From assembly GCF_964204645.1 (NCBI RefSeq), contig NC_134034.1, positions 7,638,962 through 7,702,961 of the forward strand: 64,000 nt of DNA, given 5' to 3'. Source of the DNA: Tubulanus polymorphus (lineage: Eukaryota > Animalia > Nemertea). Under the pieces are notes generated by a model. That model had not been told where the DNA came from, did not search any database, and saw only the letters and a list, made by a program, of their open reading frames with translations. Of this stretch, positions 27,340-39,830 are shown one piece after another. Within the stretch, counting starts at the first letter, position 1, and the number at the start of each line of letters is the position of its first letter. Position numbers and translations under genes: made by a program.

Positions 27340-28664
27340 ATGGCAGATAGTTTTCCAAAAGCTTTCCAATATAATAAATCAATTAAATATAATATTCCAG
27401 CAATAGATTTTAATAAAGATATTACATATAGAAATGAAGTTTTAAATTCATTAATTGATTTATATATTTATGTTACTATAAGTAATAATTTTCACGTAAA
27501 GATGGAAAATATATTCCATGTGTATACAATTAATTTTAAAAATCTAAATGAGGCAAAACAATGGTTATTAAAATCTAATATGAAGTATTGGCAGAACCAA
27601 TTAAATTTTGCCGTTTATTGCGCAACAACACGATGTGGAATAAGTTGGAATGATCATTTAAACAAACCAAGTTTACCATTGATGTTATCACTTTTTAGAT
27701 TTCATACTTATTTTCAAATAAAATTAATATAAGATGAATTAGAATGTCCTTTACCAGGTTCAAAATATTTTAAAGAATTGAATAATAATATTAATTTTTC
27801 TAAGTTTTATAAAATATGTAATGAATTCAATATTATTCAAATAAAGATTTTAGAGCAAAAATTGGAACAATGGGTGGATTAGGAATATTGTATACTAAAG
27901 AATTTGGAAAAATAATAACAAATTCAGATATAAGAACACTAAATTGGAATGAATTACCAAAATATTATAATAATATACAACAACAAAATAATAATGGTTG
28001 GGTTAATTTCATTTTAGAAAATAGTGAAGGTTTTACTGAAGCTGGTATACAAAGAATAAATCAATCTATTAGAACTTATTTGATATGTATTTTAGGTGCG
28101 CAAGTTGAAACAAGATCACCAAAAGTTGGAAATGATAACACTTCATTCGATGCGCAGAAACAATTCAAAGTATTATTTGAAGATTCCATTCATAATGATA
28201 AAAATAGATCGATTCCAGAAAAAATTGTAAGATATCAAAATTATTTAGATAAATCACATATTAGATTAAATTATTGTATAGGACCTAATCTATTAATTAT
28301 TTCTAATGATTTAGTACTAAAGATGGGAAATATAATTGGTTATAATAATCTAATTAAAACTGCAACAATAAATAATTCATTTGGATTGAATGATATAAAT
28401 AAAAAGATATTTACTGCTCCAAAATTAATGGAAGGTGAAAAAAATAAAAAACATATTCAATCAACAGAAACTAAAACTAAGAATATTAAATTAAATAATG
28501 ATTCTAAAATAAAAGATTACAATACTACAGAAAATATTAAAACTGATAGTATTCAACATGATATAATTAAAACTGATAATGATAATAAATCCCATGAAAA
28601 TACTAAATTAGCTTTAACTTGTATAGGAATTGTTATAGGAGGAATATTATATTTTAAACGATAG
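27340..28664 (+). pseudogene. Polinton protein of unknown function with a C-terminal TM anchor (about 440 aa, broken)
   Basis: Consecutive ORFs 27340-27732 and 27870-28664, with WQNQLNFAVYCATTRCGIS and terminal LALTCIGIVIGGILYFK. Confidence 0.6.
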
Positions 28665-28909
28665 GTAAAACACAATATCCGTGTTGACGCGATGAGGAGA
28701 GAATCCCACAATGATAATAAAAAGTCCGAAAATGAAACTTCGAGATAGTAGTTTATTCAACGTTTCGACTATATCCTAATAGTCATCTTCAGGAATAATT
28801 CTTTATTCCTGAAGATGACTATTAGGATATAGTCGAAACGTTGAATAAACTACTATCTCGAAGTTTCATTTTCGGACTTTTTATTATCATTGTGGGATTC
28901 TCTCCTCAT
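28659..28909. mobile_element. Penelope-type inverted pseudo-LTR remnant, 218-bp palindrome, with target duplication
   Basis: Perfect arms spanning 28692-28909. ATTATATTTTAAA is duplicated at 28646-28658 and 28908-28920. Confidence 0.7.
28802..28849 (+). ncRNA. Minimal type I hammerhead ribozyme (mirror copy on the minus strand at about 28752-28798)
   Basis: Stem I TTTATTC/GAATAAA, core CTGAAGA, stem II GACTAT/ATAGTC, GAAA, palindromic stem III ACGT. Confidence 0.65.
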
Positions 28910-28945
28910 TATATTTTAAATTTTAATTTTTTTATTATATAAATA

Positions 28946-30381
28946 AATGTAGAAGGTGGAGAAGATATTGGAATAGATAATTTTGATGAACCTGGCATAA
29001 CTGATGAACAACAACCTGATTTTAGTGAAACAAGTTTTAATGACGGTAATGAGCCAGGACGTAATTCTAATTTAAATATGCCTGATTATATTAAAAATGC
29101 AGAATCACAATTAAATCCTGAAAATTTAGACCCAGATTTAGTAAAAAAAAATTTAGATAATTTAAACAAAATACCTAAATTAAAACATATAATTGAAAAT
29201 TCTGAATTTATTATAAATGATAAAGACTTTGGACCTTTCGCAAATAAATTAAAATTTTTAGATAATGGTAAATGTTATTATCGTTTGAAAGGTGATTATT
29301 ATATTGATATCTCTTATAAAAAAGAAGAAAAAATAATTGCAAAATCAACTTTAAAAAAAATTAAAACCAGATAGAATTTAAATAATAAGTAATAGTAATG
29401 AAATAACTGATGTTACACAAAAAGAAATAGATGATAATATAGACGTATTTAAACAAAAAATTAATGAATTATTTGAAATAATCAAAAAGAAATCAGAAAC
29501 AGAAACAACTTCTGAACAGAATAAAACTTCCAAAACTAGTAAACTTGAATCAAATAAAGTTCCAATTGAAAAAGTTTTACCGAATGGATTATTGATGCAA
29601 CAGATCAAGAATTAGAAGATTTAAATAATATATTTTCTGTTGAAGCACTTAGAGAAATTAAAAGTATAAGACTTGCATCTGATAAAATTGCGCATGATAA
29701 AAGTATAAGAGATTTTAAAATTAGAACTTTAGAAAAAGAATTAACTGATTAAAATAAAGAAATAGAACAATTAAAGTCTGATTTAGATCATCAAGTAATT
29801 GATGAAATAGAATATAGGCAAAAAGAATTACGTTTAGAAAAAGAAAATGATGATTTAGAATATAACATAGAATTACAAAAAGAAGAAATTAAATTATTGT
29901 TAAAATCATATGATTATAATATAAATCAATTAAAAGTTATTTTTAAAGATTTGTTGATAAAACCAAATTCTGAAATATCATTGAAAGATAGAATAAAGTT
30001 ATTATTTAAATTAGAAGGAATAACAATTCTTTCAATTATAACAGCTGTAACTATGTTATTTACAACAATTGGTTTAGCAATATCTAATGCTTTGAAATCT
30101 ACTCCTACTCCCAATAAACCGGATAAACCCCCGAATGATGATAATTCTACACAATATAAAGTTAAAGATGGTTTAAAGAAATTAGCAAAATATTTATGGG
30201 AACTATCTCTGCTGCAGCTTTACCAGGAATTATTGCATCAATTGTTGGTTTTATATTGAAATCTGCTGGGAATATTCTTAACTTTGCTGCTGAACATATT
30301 ATTTTATTTTTAATTACAGTTGTAAGTGCTATTATTTTTGGGTTAGCTAATATGATATCAAAAAGATATCAAGAAAAATAA
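28946..30381 (+). pseudogene. Large Polinton coiled-coil protein with C-terminal hydrophobic helices, broken
   Basis: Acidic N-terminus, coiled coil, SLKDRIKLLFKLEGITILSIITAV, LPGIIASIVGFILK and a terminal TM segment. A homologue lies at 41940-42783. Confidence 0.65.
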
Positions 30382-30416
30382 ATAAAAAATAAATAATTAA
30401 TTTTTTTGTTAAATAA

Positions 30417-33400
30417 ATGAGTGGGAGTTATATAAGTCCTTCTAAGATTTCTAGAATATCTAATGCTATTAAAGCAGAAAGATCACATCATATAATTACA
30501 CATAATCCTTCAAATATTAATCCCGATGAAACTTTATATGTTAGAATTCCTAGATTAACACAAAATACTTTTTATGTTCCAAATAGTATTTATTTATCAG
30601 CTGATATAAAAGTAATTGGTCATGATAATAATTATGTTGTCGATAATGTTGGGAGATATTTGATTAAAAAATTAACTATACAGATTGGTCCAGAAACAGT
30701 TTTACATGATTATAATTTATTTATGCATTATAAAGATTTATGGTTAACTAAATAAAATAGAAATAATATGATATTTCAGGGTATTCAATCGGAAAACCAT
30801 AATAAATTAAGATCTGAAGCCAATAATGCAGTAGTAATAATGCTGTAGATAATTTGATAAAAAAGATTTATGGAAGCAAATATAAAATTCCATTAGACTT
30901 TGAATTGATAAATAATAATGCACCTTTATATAAATATGTAATTCAAGAAGATATTATATTTGAGATAACATTTCCTGTAAATGAAATTGTATTATCTAGC
31001 GTTGTTAAAGATATGGGTTATAAATTATCAAATATATGTTTAGAATATGACACAGTAACTAATGAAAATATTGCTAGCACAATTCAAACTCAATACAATC
31101 AAGGATTTTCATTATTATATGATTATATTGATAAATTTAAAACTGTAACTATTAATGCAAATGATGAAATAATTAATGAGAATATTAACTTCCCAAGAAG
31201 ATCTATTAACGGTATATTAATATTTTTTACCATTGCAACATATTCTAATGGCGCAATAAATGTTGATAATTATTATAATGCTGAAATAACGCAAGTAGAA
31301 ATAACTATCGAAGGAATAGCAAATAAAATATTTTGTCAAGGAATGAGAATGATTGATCAATGGCCAGAAATTAGAAAACATTTTATGAATGAAAAAGTGA
31401 AATCATCTGAAAATTGTAATATTAATCAAATTGATTATTATACCGGTAATAAATATGCATTATGGTTAGATTTTAGAACAACAGAGAATAATTCATTACA
31501 TGGTTCTGGAAACAAGAGCCCCAAGGGGCACAATGGCCAGCCTGTCAGATTTGCTTTTTATGAATGATGTAATCTGTGGGTTATATTTATCAATATACAC
31601 TCCCTGCTCAATATCATTTACATAGTAAAATCGTGTGTTAACACAGACAGCAAGAACGAATGTAATATAGAAATACTAAGTTATTTGTATTGTTCAACGC
31701 CCCTGGTGGCCATATACAAAAACCAATGAGCTTGAAACTCACCAAGATCATAGACCATGTCATGGAGCTACAACTTTCCAATTGATTGTGGTAGCAAAAT
31801 ATCCATAGGTAAAAATGTAATATAGAAATACTAAGTTATTGTATTGTTCAACGCCCCCTGGTGGCCATAAACAAAAACCAATGAGCCTGGAACTCACCTC
31901 GATCATAGAACATGTCATGAGCTACAACTTTCCAATTGATTATGGTAGCAAAATATGTTTAAGTATCAATATGATGTGGAAAAACTTTTTTCCACCTACG
32001 AATGAGTACTCATGACCCCAAGATGGCCGCCAATTGCGTCATAATTGCCTGGTCAAAAATACCCTCTCGGATATAAAAGATTCCTTTCCAAAGAATACCC
32101 ATTACAAATTGCAATGAAAAATGGCACACCATTAGAAAGCTACAGGACTCAGAATTCAGGCCAAAATTGACATTTTTGGGAACAAAAAAGGTCAAGGACG
32201 GCCATCTTGAGTCCGATCGACCCAATTTTTCTCATGCCGATGGGCTCTTGGGGGATACAAATATATACGAATGATCAAGGTTATTGATAAAAGTGTCTTC
32301 AAAATTTCCCTCGAAAACTTCAAAAATGTGTAAAAAGTGATTTTGGCAAACAACAATGGCTGCCAGTCGGCCATCTTGAATCTGACAGGGCCAGTTTTTG
32401 GCCTGAAGATGTGTCTAGGGTAGATACACGTATAAACCAAATATCAAGACATTACCCTGAAGCGTCTTCAAAACTTTGGAACTCTCACGATTTATCTAGA
32501 TGGTTATCTCTCGACCTCAATAGCTTCAAGACCCATCTCAAAACAACTTTGTTCCATACAGCATACCATTAACTCTCGAAAGCGAATTGGATTTAGCATT
32601 TTTTTGGCAGAATAAAATTTGATTGAATTTGCAATTCGAGCACATGGCTAATTAGCATATCAAGGTCATACACCCGATTTGGTAAAACATATTTTTTCGC
32701 GAACCTTGCGCAATTGTCAAGGATGAATTTTCTGTAGAGCAAAAAAAATTCCTCCCAAACACCAAATCAACTAAAGATTTCATAGAAATCGATCTTGAAA
32801 TACAATTTCAAATCTTAAAATAAAACCCGGAAGTAAAACAGTAGACGATACCGCGGGTTCACGTGAACACCTGATTTCTGTAAACGAAATGTTGGTTGTG
32901 ACAAAATTGTTCAGACGGTTTTAGGTGGTAATTAGTACGGAAACGTAACGACCATGGTCGACTTATTCGATGAAATCAGGCCTATGTGATATCCAAATTT
33001 TGACTTTTTTATTCTCCAGACCTCCCCGATATAGAAATAAAAAATTTTGGTGGTACGAAAGTGCAATCACAGCGCCGACGGCGTCAGAGATCGGCGGAGT
33101 GAAAATTGAGGTGAACGAACACGAAGAAGTAGGCTATTGCGCTACTTGAATCGCGAAAACTCCTGGCGCGTTCCCGACGCTTTTGGTTGATTAAGTAATA
33201 CAAATATCATGCAATGGGTTTCCACAAAGGCACAATCTACCGCCGGTATTTACCAGATTTCAATATCACTCCAAAATTCAAAGAAACCTCGAAATATCGA
33301 ACCGGAACACTTCCGGTAGATATCCGCGGCTGCCCAACGGGGAAACTTATTTGTTTCAATAGATATTGATAGGATCCATCATCTTCACCCGTCAAGGGAT

Positions 33401-34038
33401 TCGAACCCACTAAGCTTAAGCCGTGCCAGAATCAGGTCGGGCCAATCACAGCGCTTGTAACAAACCACATTAGGCTTCTGTGGAATTTCCCGGTAAATGG
33501 GCCAATCAGCGAACACGTAGCGAACGCGGAAGTATTGTCGCGTGTTGATACATGATGCCATGCGCAAAAGCGCCAGTAATGAAATCACGATAATTCACGT
33601 GAACAGCTGCTGATATTTTCAGATAAACCAATCACAGAGAAGACACAACTTCCTGATTGGCTGATAAAAATTGAAATTTTCCCGATTTAACTTTCGTGAA
33701 AAATGCAGAAAACATTTTTATGAAACCCTATTTCAAAATTCTGCTCGCTACGATTCCGAGAATGGATTACGCTTAAATAAGTGATTTGTTCGAATATGCA
33801 CTCACTTGGTAAGCAAAAGAGCCTTTTGTGTGGAAACCATGTCATTTAAATTCGCTCCATTTGTATAGTAATAGGCTCAGCCTACGGCTGGCCTAAAAAA
33901 CTACAGAACACTAAAGATGGAAGACAATTATTCATGAAAAAGAAAAAAGGAAGCTTAAATTTTAAAATGCACATTTATATCATATCTGACGCACAATTAA
34001 ATATTGTAAATTCACAATTAGATAGTATTCAATATTAG
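30417..34038 (+). pseudogene. Major capsid protein (double jelly-roll), interrupted by HINE-A at 31513-33894
   Basis: HNPSNINPDETLYVRIP, YKIPLDF, LSNICLEYD, NINFPRRS, YALWLDFRT..NSLHGSG. The frame resumes after the HINE (KLQNTKDG...HIYIISDAQLNI...SIQY*). About 400 aa; the call rests on motifs and context. Confidence 0.75.
31513..33894 (-). mobile_element. HINE family A, complete copy 2
   Basis: Both ends present: 5' AGGCCAGCC-GTA-GGCTGAGCCT and 3' GGCTGGCC plus hairpin plus CTTG. Inserted into an A-run, and excision restores the capsid sequence. Confidence 0.88.
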
Positions 34039-34068
34039 AAATATAAAGTTAAAATTAACAATATATAA

Positions 34069-35196
34069 ATGGGTGGTAAAAAAACTCGTAATACTAAAAA
34101 ACAATTTTTAAGAAATTTATATTACAACCCTGAGAGTTCGGTTGCTTATTCTTCTAACAAAAATATATGGCGTCAAGTAAAACAAGATAAATTAGATAAG
34201 ATAATCCCACAAAATTTAGTTAAATATAAAGAAATAAATGAATTTATGTTAGAACAACCAACATATACAACATATAAAAAAATTGTTAGAAAATATAAAA
34301 CACGTAAAACTATGGTAAGTTATGTAGATCAACAGTGGCAAGGAGATTTAATTGATATGAAAAATGTTAAGAAAGATAATGATGATTTTTGGTGGTTATT
34401 GAATATAATTGATATTTTTAGTCGTTATGTATGGAGTTTCCCACTTTATAGAAAAGATGCTGTACAAACATCAAATGTTTTAAGAAAATTTCTCTCGGAT
34501 GATGAACTAAAACCAGAAAAAATACAATTTGATGATGGAAAAGAATTTGATAATTCACTTGTTCATGAACTCTTAGACAATCATAATATTAAATATTTTT
34601 CAACAAAATCGGATAAAAAAGCAGCAGTTGTTGAACGATTTAATAGAACATTAAGAACAAGAATGTGGAAATATTTTACAGCAAATAATACTTTTAAATG
34701 GATTGATGTTTTACCAAAATTGATAGAAGGATATAATAATTCTTATCATTCTTCTATTGGAATGAAACCTATTGATGCTAGAAAACCTGAAAATGCTGAA
34801 ATTGTTTGGAATAATTTATATGGAGCATTTCTTGTAGATGATTTTGGTGAACCTAAATTTTAAGTTGGTCAAAATGTTAGAATTTCTAAGTATAAAAAGA
34901 TATTTGACAAAGGATACGATCGAAATTTTACTAGGGAAATATATAAAATAAAAAAGGTAATAACAACAAAACCATATGTCTATAAATTAGAAGATTTAGA
35001 TGGTGAAGAAGTTGATGGCTACTTTTACGAAGAAGAATTAAGTTTAACTACTGAAAATCTAGAACAAGAATGTAAAATTGAAAAAGTATTAAAAACAAAA
35101 ACTATCAAAAGAAAAAAATATTCTTTACTAAAATGGGTTGGATGGCCAGATAAATTTAATGACTGGATATTATCAAGTAAAATTAAAAATATATAA
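34069..35196 (+). pseudogene. Retroviral-like (rve) DDE integrase with C-terminal chromodomain, one in-frame stop at 34861
   Basis: YYNP, QWQGDLIDM, IDIFSRY, IQFDDGKEF, KAAVVERFNRTL, YNNSYHSSIGMKP. After the stop: VGQNVRIS...FDKGY...KWVGWPDKFNDWI. Confidence 0.93.
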
Positions 35197-35796
35197 ATGA
35201 ATAAGGAATTATTTATATTTGAGCCTCATAAAATGTTAATTTCTGGCGTAACAAATTGTGGAAAAACTTATTTTATATTAAATTTATTAGAAACTGTTTA
35301 TGAAAACTATTTTGATAATATAGTATTATTTTGTCCAACATATGAATTTAATCAAACTTATGATAGAAATATTACTAGAAATAATAAATTTATTATATTA
35401 GATCCTAAAACAGTAAAAGAAAATTTGGATAATTGTATAAAAATAGCAATTGATATTTATAAAGGATCAAATACATTATTTATCATAGATGATTGCGCAA
35501 ATTTACATGATTCAAAAGTTAGAGAAAGTGAGTTATGCTATTTAGCTTTTTCTGGCAGACATTTTGGGATAACAACTTGGGTTTTAAATCAAAAATATAA
35601 TTCAATTGTTAAAGACTTTAGAGAAAACATTAGATTTCTAGTTTTATTCTACAAAAAAGATAGAAAATCGATGAAAAATGCACTTGAGGAAAATGATATT
35701 ATTCCACATGATTTACATAATGAATATATGGATAAATTGAAAAATATTAAAAGATCAAAATTACTATTTAGATTACAACACCCATTTAAATATTAA
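35197..35796 (+). CDS. A32/FtsK-like genome packaging ATPase
   Basis: Walker A ISGVTNCGKT, Walker B LFIIDDC, GRHFGI and NQKY motifs. Confidence 0.9.
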   Translation: MNKELFIFEPHKMLISGVTNCGKTYFILNLLETVYENYFDNIVLFCPTYEFNQTYDRNITRNNKFIILDPKTVKENLDNCIKIAIDIYKGSNTLFIIDDCANLHDSKVRESELCYLAFSGRHFGITTWVLNQKYNSIVKDFRENIRFLVLFYKKDRKSMKNALEENDIIPHDLHNEYMDKLKNIKRSKLLFRLQHPFKY

Positions 35797-35804
35797 TTTA
35801 TTTA

Positions 35805-36070
35805 AATTCAACTAGCTTGTTAATCTAGTTGAATTCTAGTAACATCCTAGTTGAATTCTAGTTATTAGTAGTTGAAACAAAAATAAAATAAAATTCAACA
35901 ATATTTTAACTAGCTTGTTAATCTAGTATATTTTTAGTTACATTCTAGTTGAATTCTAGTTATTAGTAGTTGAAACAAAAATCAACTAAAATAAAAACAA
36001 CAATATTTCAACTAGCTTGTTAATCTAGTTGAATTCTAGTTACATTCCATTTTAGTTGAATTCTAGTTGC
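35805..36070. repeat. Intergenic tandem array of palindromic CTAG/GAATTC units
   Basis: About three ~100-bp units starting AACTAGCTTGTTAATCTAGT, with repeated TAGTTGAATTCTAGT. Confidence 0.85.
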
Positions 36071-36100
36071 AACAACACAATTAATTTTTTTGTTATATAA

Positions 36101-36688
36101 ATGGGAGGTGAAAAGAAAATAAAATCTAAAAATGGTGATGTTCCAATTGAAAAAACTTTAGATGATTTAGGAATAACAGAAAACAAATTAATTCCAGATG
36201 ATGGTGCTTTAAATAATGTTACAACAAATAATAATTATGAATATTATCTTTATTGTAAACATCAATTAGAAATATTAATAGCATCTGGAAAATGTAAAAA
36301 TTTTGTCGGTAAAAATTTAACTTATAATGAATTAGATACAATGAAATCAGATGAAATTATTAGATTATTTAAGATTTATGAAGCCGCGAGAACAGCTAGA
36401 ATTAATGACGCGATATCAGAAAATGTAGTAAAAGGTTATAGTAAATTATGTAATTATATACTACCAATTGAAGATGAAAATAGATTATATTCCGATTTAA
36501 AAAATGATTATTTAGTTATGACTGAATTAAATAAATGGATTGGATATTTATCATTTCAATTAGGTGGATTTATGACATTATTATCAACTGGGGTTATAAC
36601 ATTTTCAAATATTGAAAGTAAATATATTTCTATAATAAATGAGCGAGGTGGAAGAAGTGAAGGAATTAACTGTGAAGAAAAAAACTGA
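36101..36688 (+). CDS. Conserved Polinton hypothetical protein
   Basis: Intact 195-aa ORF at a TAAATG, with a clear homologue at 49536-49990 (FKIY..AR.ARI, LYSDL.NDYL, FQL.G.MT). Confidence 0.75.
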   Translation: MGGEKKIKSKNGDVPIEKTLDDLGITENKLIPDDGALNNVTTNNNYEYYLYCKHQLEILIASGKCKNFVGKNLTYNELDTMKSDEIIRLFKIYEAARTARINDAISENVVKGYSKLCNYILPIEDENRLYSDLKNDYLVMTELNKWIGYLSFQLGGFMTLLSTGVITFSNIESKYISIINERGGRSEGINCEEKN

Positions 36689-37008
36689 GATCACAGAAAC
36701 AAATTGAATGGTCTCGGCAATTAGGAATTAAATCACAAGAATATAAAAAAGCTGTAAAAGATAAAATAAGTAATAAAAATGTTAATAAAAATAGTGAAAA
36801 TATTGTTATTTCTACTCCTTCTAATGATAGAATATTTGATAAATGTCTATATTTTACAGTTGGATTTGTAATTGTATTCATTTTGATTGGGTGTAATTGG
36901 TATAAGAAATCAAATAAAATTCATGATATTAATAATTCTGAAACAACTGCTATGAAAAATGAAAATACTTCTGAAATTCCAAAATTGATAATAAAAAAAA
37001 TGGATTAA
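36639..37008 (+). pseudogene. Small Polinton TM protein, frameshifted
   Basis: TAAATG start, RSQKQIEWSRQLG, and TM segment CLYFTVGFVIVFILIGC. Confidence 0.45.
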
Positions 37009-38014
37009 TATTTTAGAAAAAAAACAAAAAAATAATTGAATATCTCACTACTTTTGTCTATCTATGCGGAGCAATTAAATTGTCCAGATAAGTCATTTCG
37101 GATTCTAGATATTCATTATTTTTATTAATTTATCTTGTTTTTTTAATTTGAAGTTTTTACTTGAATATTGTATTACAGTCGTTTCTTAATATTAGTTTTT
37201 TCTTAAATTGAAAGATGGCAGCACTGGGTGTGATGCTAAAATGAATATTTGAATTTGAATTTGTTAATCAATTAACATGGTAATTGATTACTAATTTGAT
37301 TTAAAATTATATCATAAATAAGTTAAAAATCCATAATTCATTTATCAGTTTTCATTCCTATATTCTTTTCATTCGGAATAATTTATAATTTCAAATTTCA
37401 CATATTTCTTTAGTAAACACCACCAACATTTACTTAGGTGTTTTAGCTAAGTATATAACGCAATTCATTCCACCGCTGGAGTAGCTCTGGCCAGCAGAGG
37501 CATTTTGAAAATGCACCTTCGTCCACTCTCCGGGTTTCTCCTTCGGTTTCGAATTTCGAGATTGGTAGAAGTTACATTAGGCGCCTTTAATATAATGTGA
37601 TTTCTGCCAATCATTGAAGGAGATCCCGGTTGACGTGGGTTGCGGGGGTGTAAGTAGAAATGACGGGGGATAAGCGTCCCGTGGCGCCTTTCAATAATGG
37701 GATGCTTATCCCCTGAAAACTCTGTAGGTCGAGGATAGGGCAATTTTGCTAAAACTTACCTTAAAAACACCGAAATATTCCTTTTAATCACGAGAGAGAA
37801 TGTATCCTGTGTGTGTTGTATGTACTGCGTGCTTATTATATAACTGCTAGCTATCCAATATAACAACAATGTTGAATTGCAACACCTGTTTGATCGATCA
37901 ATATTCAAATGAAGCACTCTCTTATGATAACATGTAACAGATGTTTGACTGGTATGATTGTAGTTGTTCGTAAAACGACTAAGGTCATTTTTAGATATTC
38001 ATTATTTCTTTTTT

Positions 38015-38344
38015 TATTTAATCAACAATTTCTAAATCATGATGACCGTCTTCATTTTTTCCATGATAGATTATTTTAAATCCTTCTAAATCTTTTAATT
38101 CCTCTGTACTCAATGAAACCCATTTATCGGGTAAAAATACTTTAAATTCTCGCGATGTACTAACATTACAGTAACTTTAATTCGCTGATACTTTCTCTCC
38201 ATATTTAGTTTTTATCTTTTCTAATTTCAATATTTTATGTTCAATTTCTTTTGTAACATCAACTAACTTTTTTATTTCAAATTGTTTTTTTGCTGGTTTA
38301 ATTCTGTTATTTATTGTTGCTAAGAATGCTTTTCTATCTCCCAT
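38015..38344 (-). pseudogene. Small Polinton terminal ORF of unknown function, one stop
   Basis: ATG inside the right TIR. MGDRKAFLATIN...KTKYGEKV...FKVFLPDKW...GKNEDGHHDLEIVD, homologous to 2586-2933. Confidence 0.6.
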
Positions 38345-38426
38345 TTATTAGGAAAAAAAATTACTTGTGATGAGTGGTGTCTCGTCCTCTCGTCCTCTGG
38401 TATGAAACCCACATCTTCCTATAACT
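38337..38426 (-). repeat. Polinton right TIR
   Basis: Reverse complement of 17237-17329. Confidence 0.92.
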
Positions 38427-38549
38427 AACGTTTTGGATCTAGGTTTGACTATTAATGTCAGCAGGTCAGAGAAGGCCTGGCCAAATTTAATCACATGGCT
38501 CAAATCAATTGGCCTTTCTGTGTGTCAACACTTCACTGTATTTTTTTAA

Positions 38550-39646
38550 CTAGGGATCCAGGGACACCATGCCCACTTGGGAAGTGGTTCCGAATGCTCA
38601 ACAATCTAACAATTTCAATATTCAACGCCCCCTGGTGACCATATTCAAAACCCACTGACCTTGAAACTCACCACAATCATAGAACATGTGACGAACTATA
38701 ACTTTGTAATTGATCATGGTAACAAAATATGCCAATATAATAAGGAAATACTAAGTTATTCTACTATTCAACGCCCCCTGGTGACCATATAGAATAACTA
38801 TTGGCCTTAAAACTTGCCACAATCATAGATGATGTCATGAGCTACAACTTTGCAATTGATTGTGGTTACAAAATATGCATTGATACGAATATAATATAGA
38901 AATACTAAGATATTGTATTATTCAAAGCCCCCTGGTGGCCATATACAACAACCAATGACCTTCAAACTCACCACAATCATAAACCATGTCATGAGCTACA
39001 ACTTTTCAATTGATTGTGGTAAGAAAATATGCTTAAATATCAACAATATAATGTGGAAAAACTTTTTCCCACCTATGAATGAGTGCTTATGACATCAAGA
39101 TGGCCGCCAATTGCGTCATAATTGGTTGATCAAAAATACCTGTCTCAGGTATAAAACATCCCTTTTCAAAGAATACCCATCACAAATTGCAATGAGAAAT
39201 GGCAAACCAGTAGGGAGCTACAGCACTCAGAATTCGGGCCAAAATTGACATTTTTGGGCACTAAAAAGGTCATAGGACGGTCATCTTGAGTCCGATCGAC
39301 CAAATTTTTGTTATGCTGATGGGCCCTGCGGGTATTCACATACATCCAAAAGATCAAGGTAACTGATCAAAGCGTCTTCAAAATTTCCCTCAAAAAGTTA
39401 AAAAAAGTGTAAAAGTGTTGATTTTGGTGAACACCAATGGTTGCCAGTCGGCCATCTTGATTCTGACAAGGCCAGTTTTTCGGCTGAAGATGTGTCTAGG
39501 GTAGATACATGTGTAACCCAAATCAAGACATTACAATGAAGCGTCTTCAAAACTTCCCAAAATAACTGGATTCCGTCTACGGACGGACAGACGACGGACG
39601 AAAAGTGAACGCAATAGCCCGCTGGGACTAGAGTCCCAAGTGGGCC
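38550..39646 (-). mobile_element. HINE family B (diverged relative of family A)
   Basis: Subterminal IR GCCCACTTGGGA / TCCCAAGTGGGC, a GTCC-type microsatellite near the 5' end, three to four ~150-bp repeats and a body homologous to 31680-32480. Confidence 0.75.
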
Positions 39647-39830
39647 AAAAACAGGCCTATCGAGTGAATAAGTACATAGACTGAATTAGACTTTAGGCTG
39701 ACCAAATCCTATCCATGTTATAATGGCACCAGTTATTAGTAACATCACTGTAGGGCCGACAAGAGGGGAAAAAGTTCTGTTTGTAGCACATAGGCATGGT
39801 AGGCTTGTCGCACTCACTCAATACTTAAAA

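Noticed and set aside
35805-36070. CRISPR-like array
   Set aside because: No unique spacers, no cas genes, and a eukaryotic viral context.
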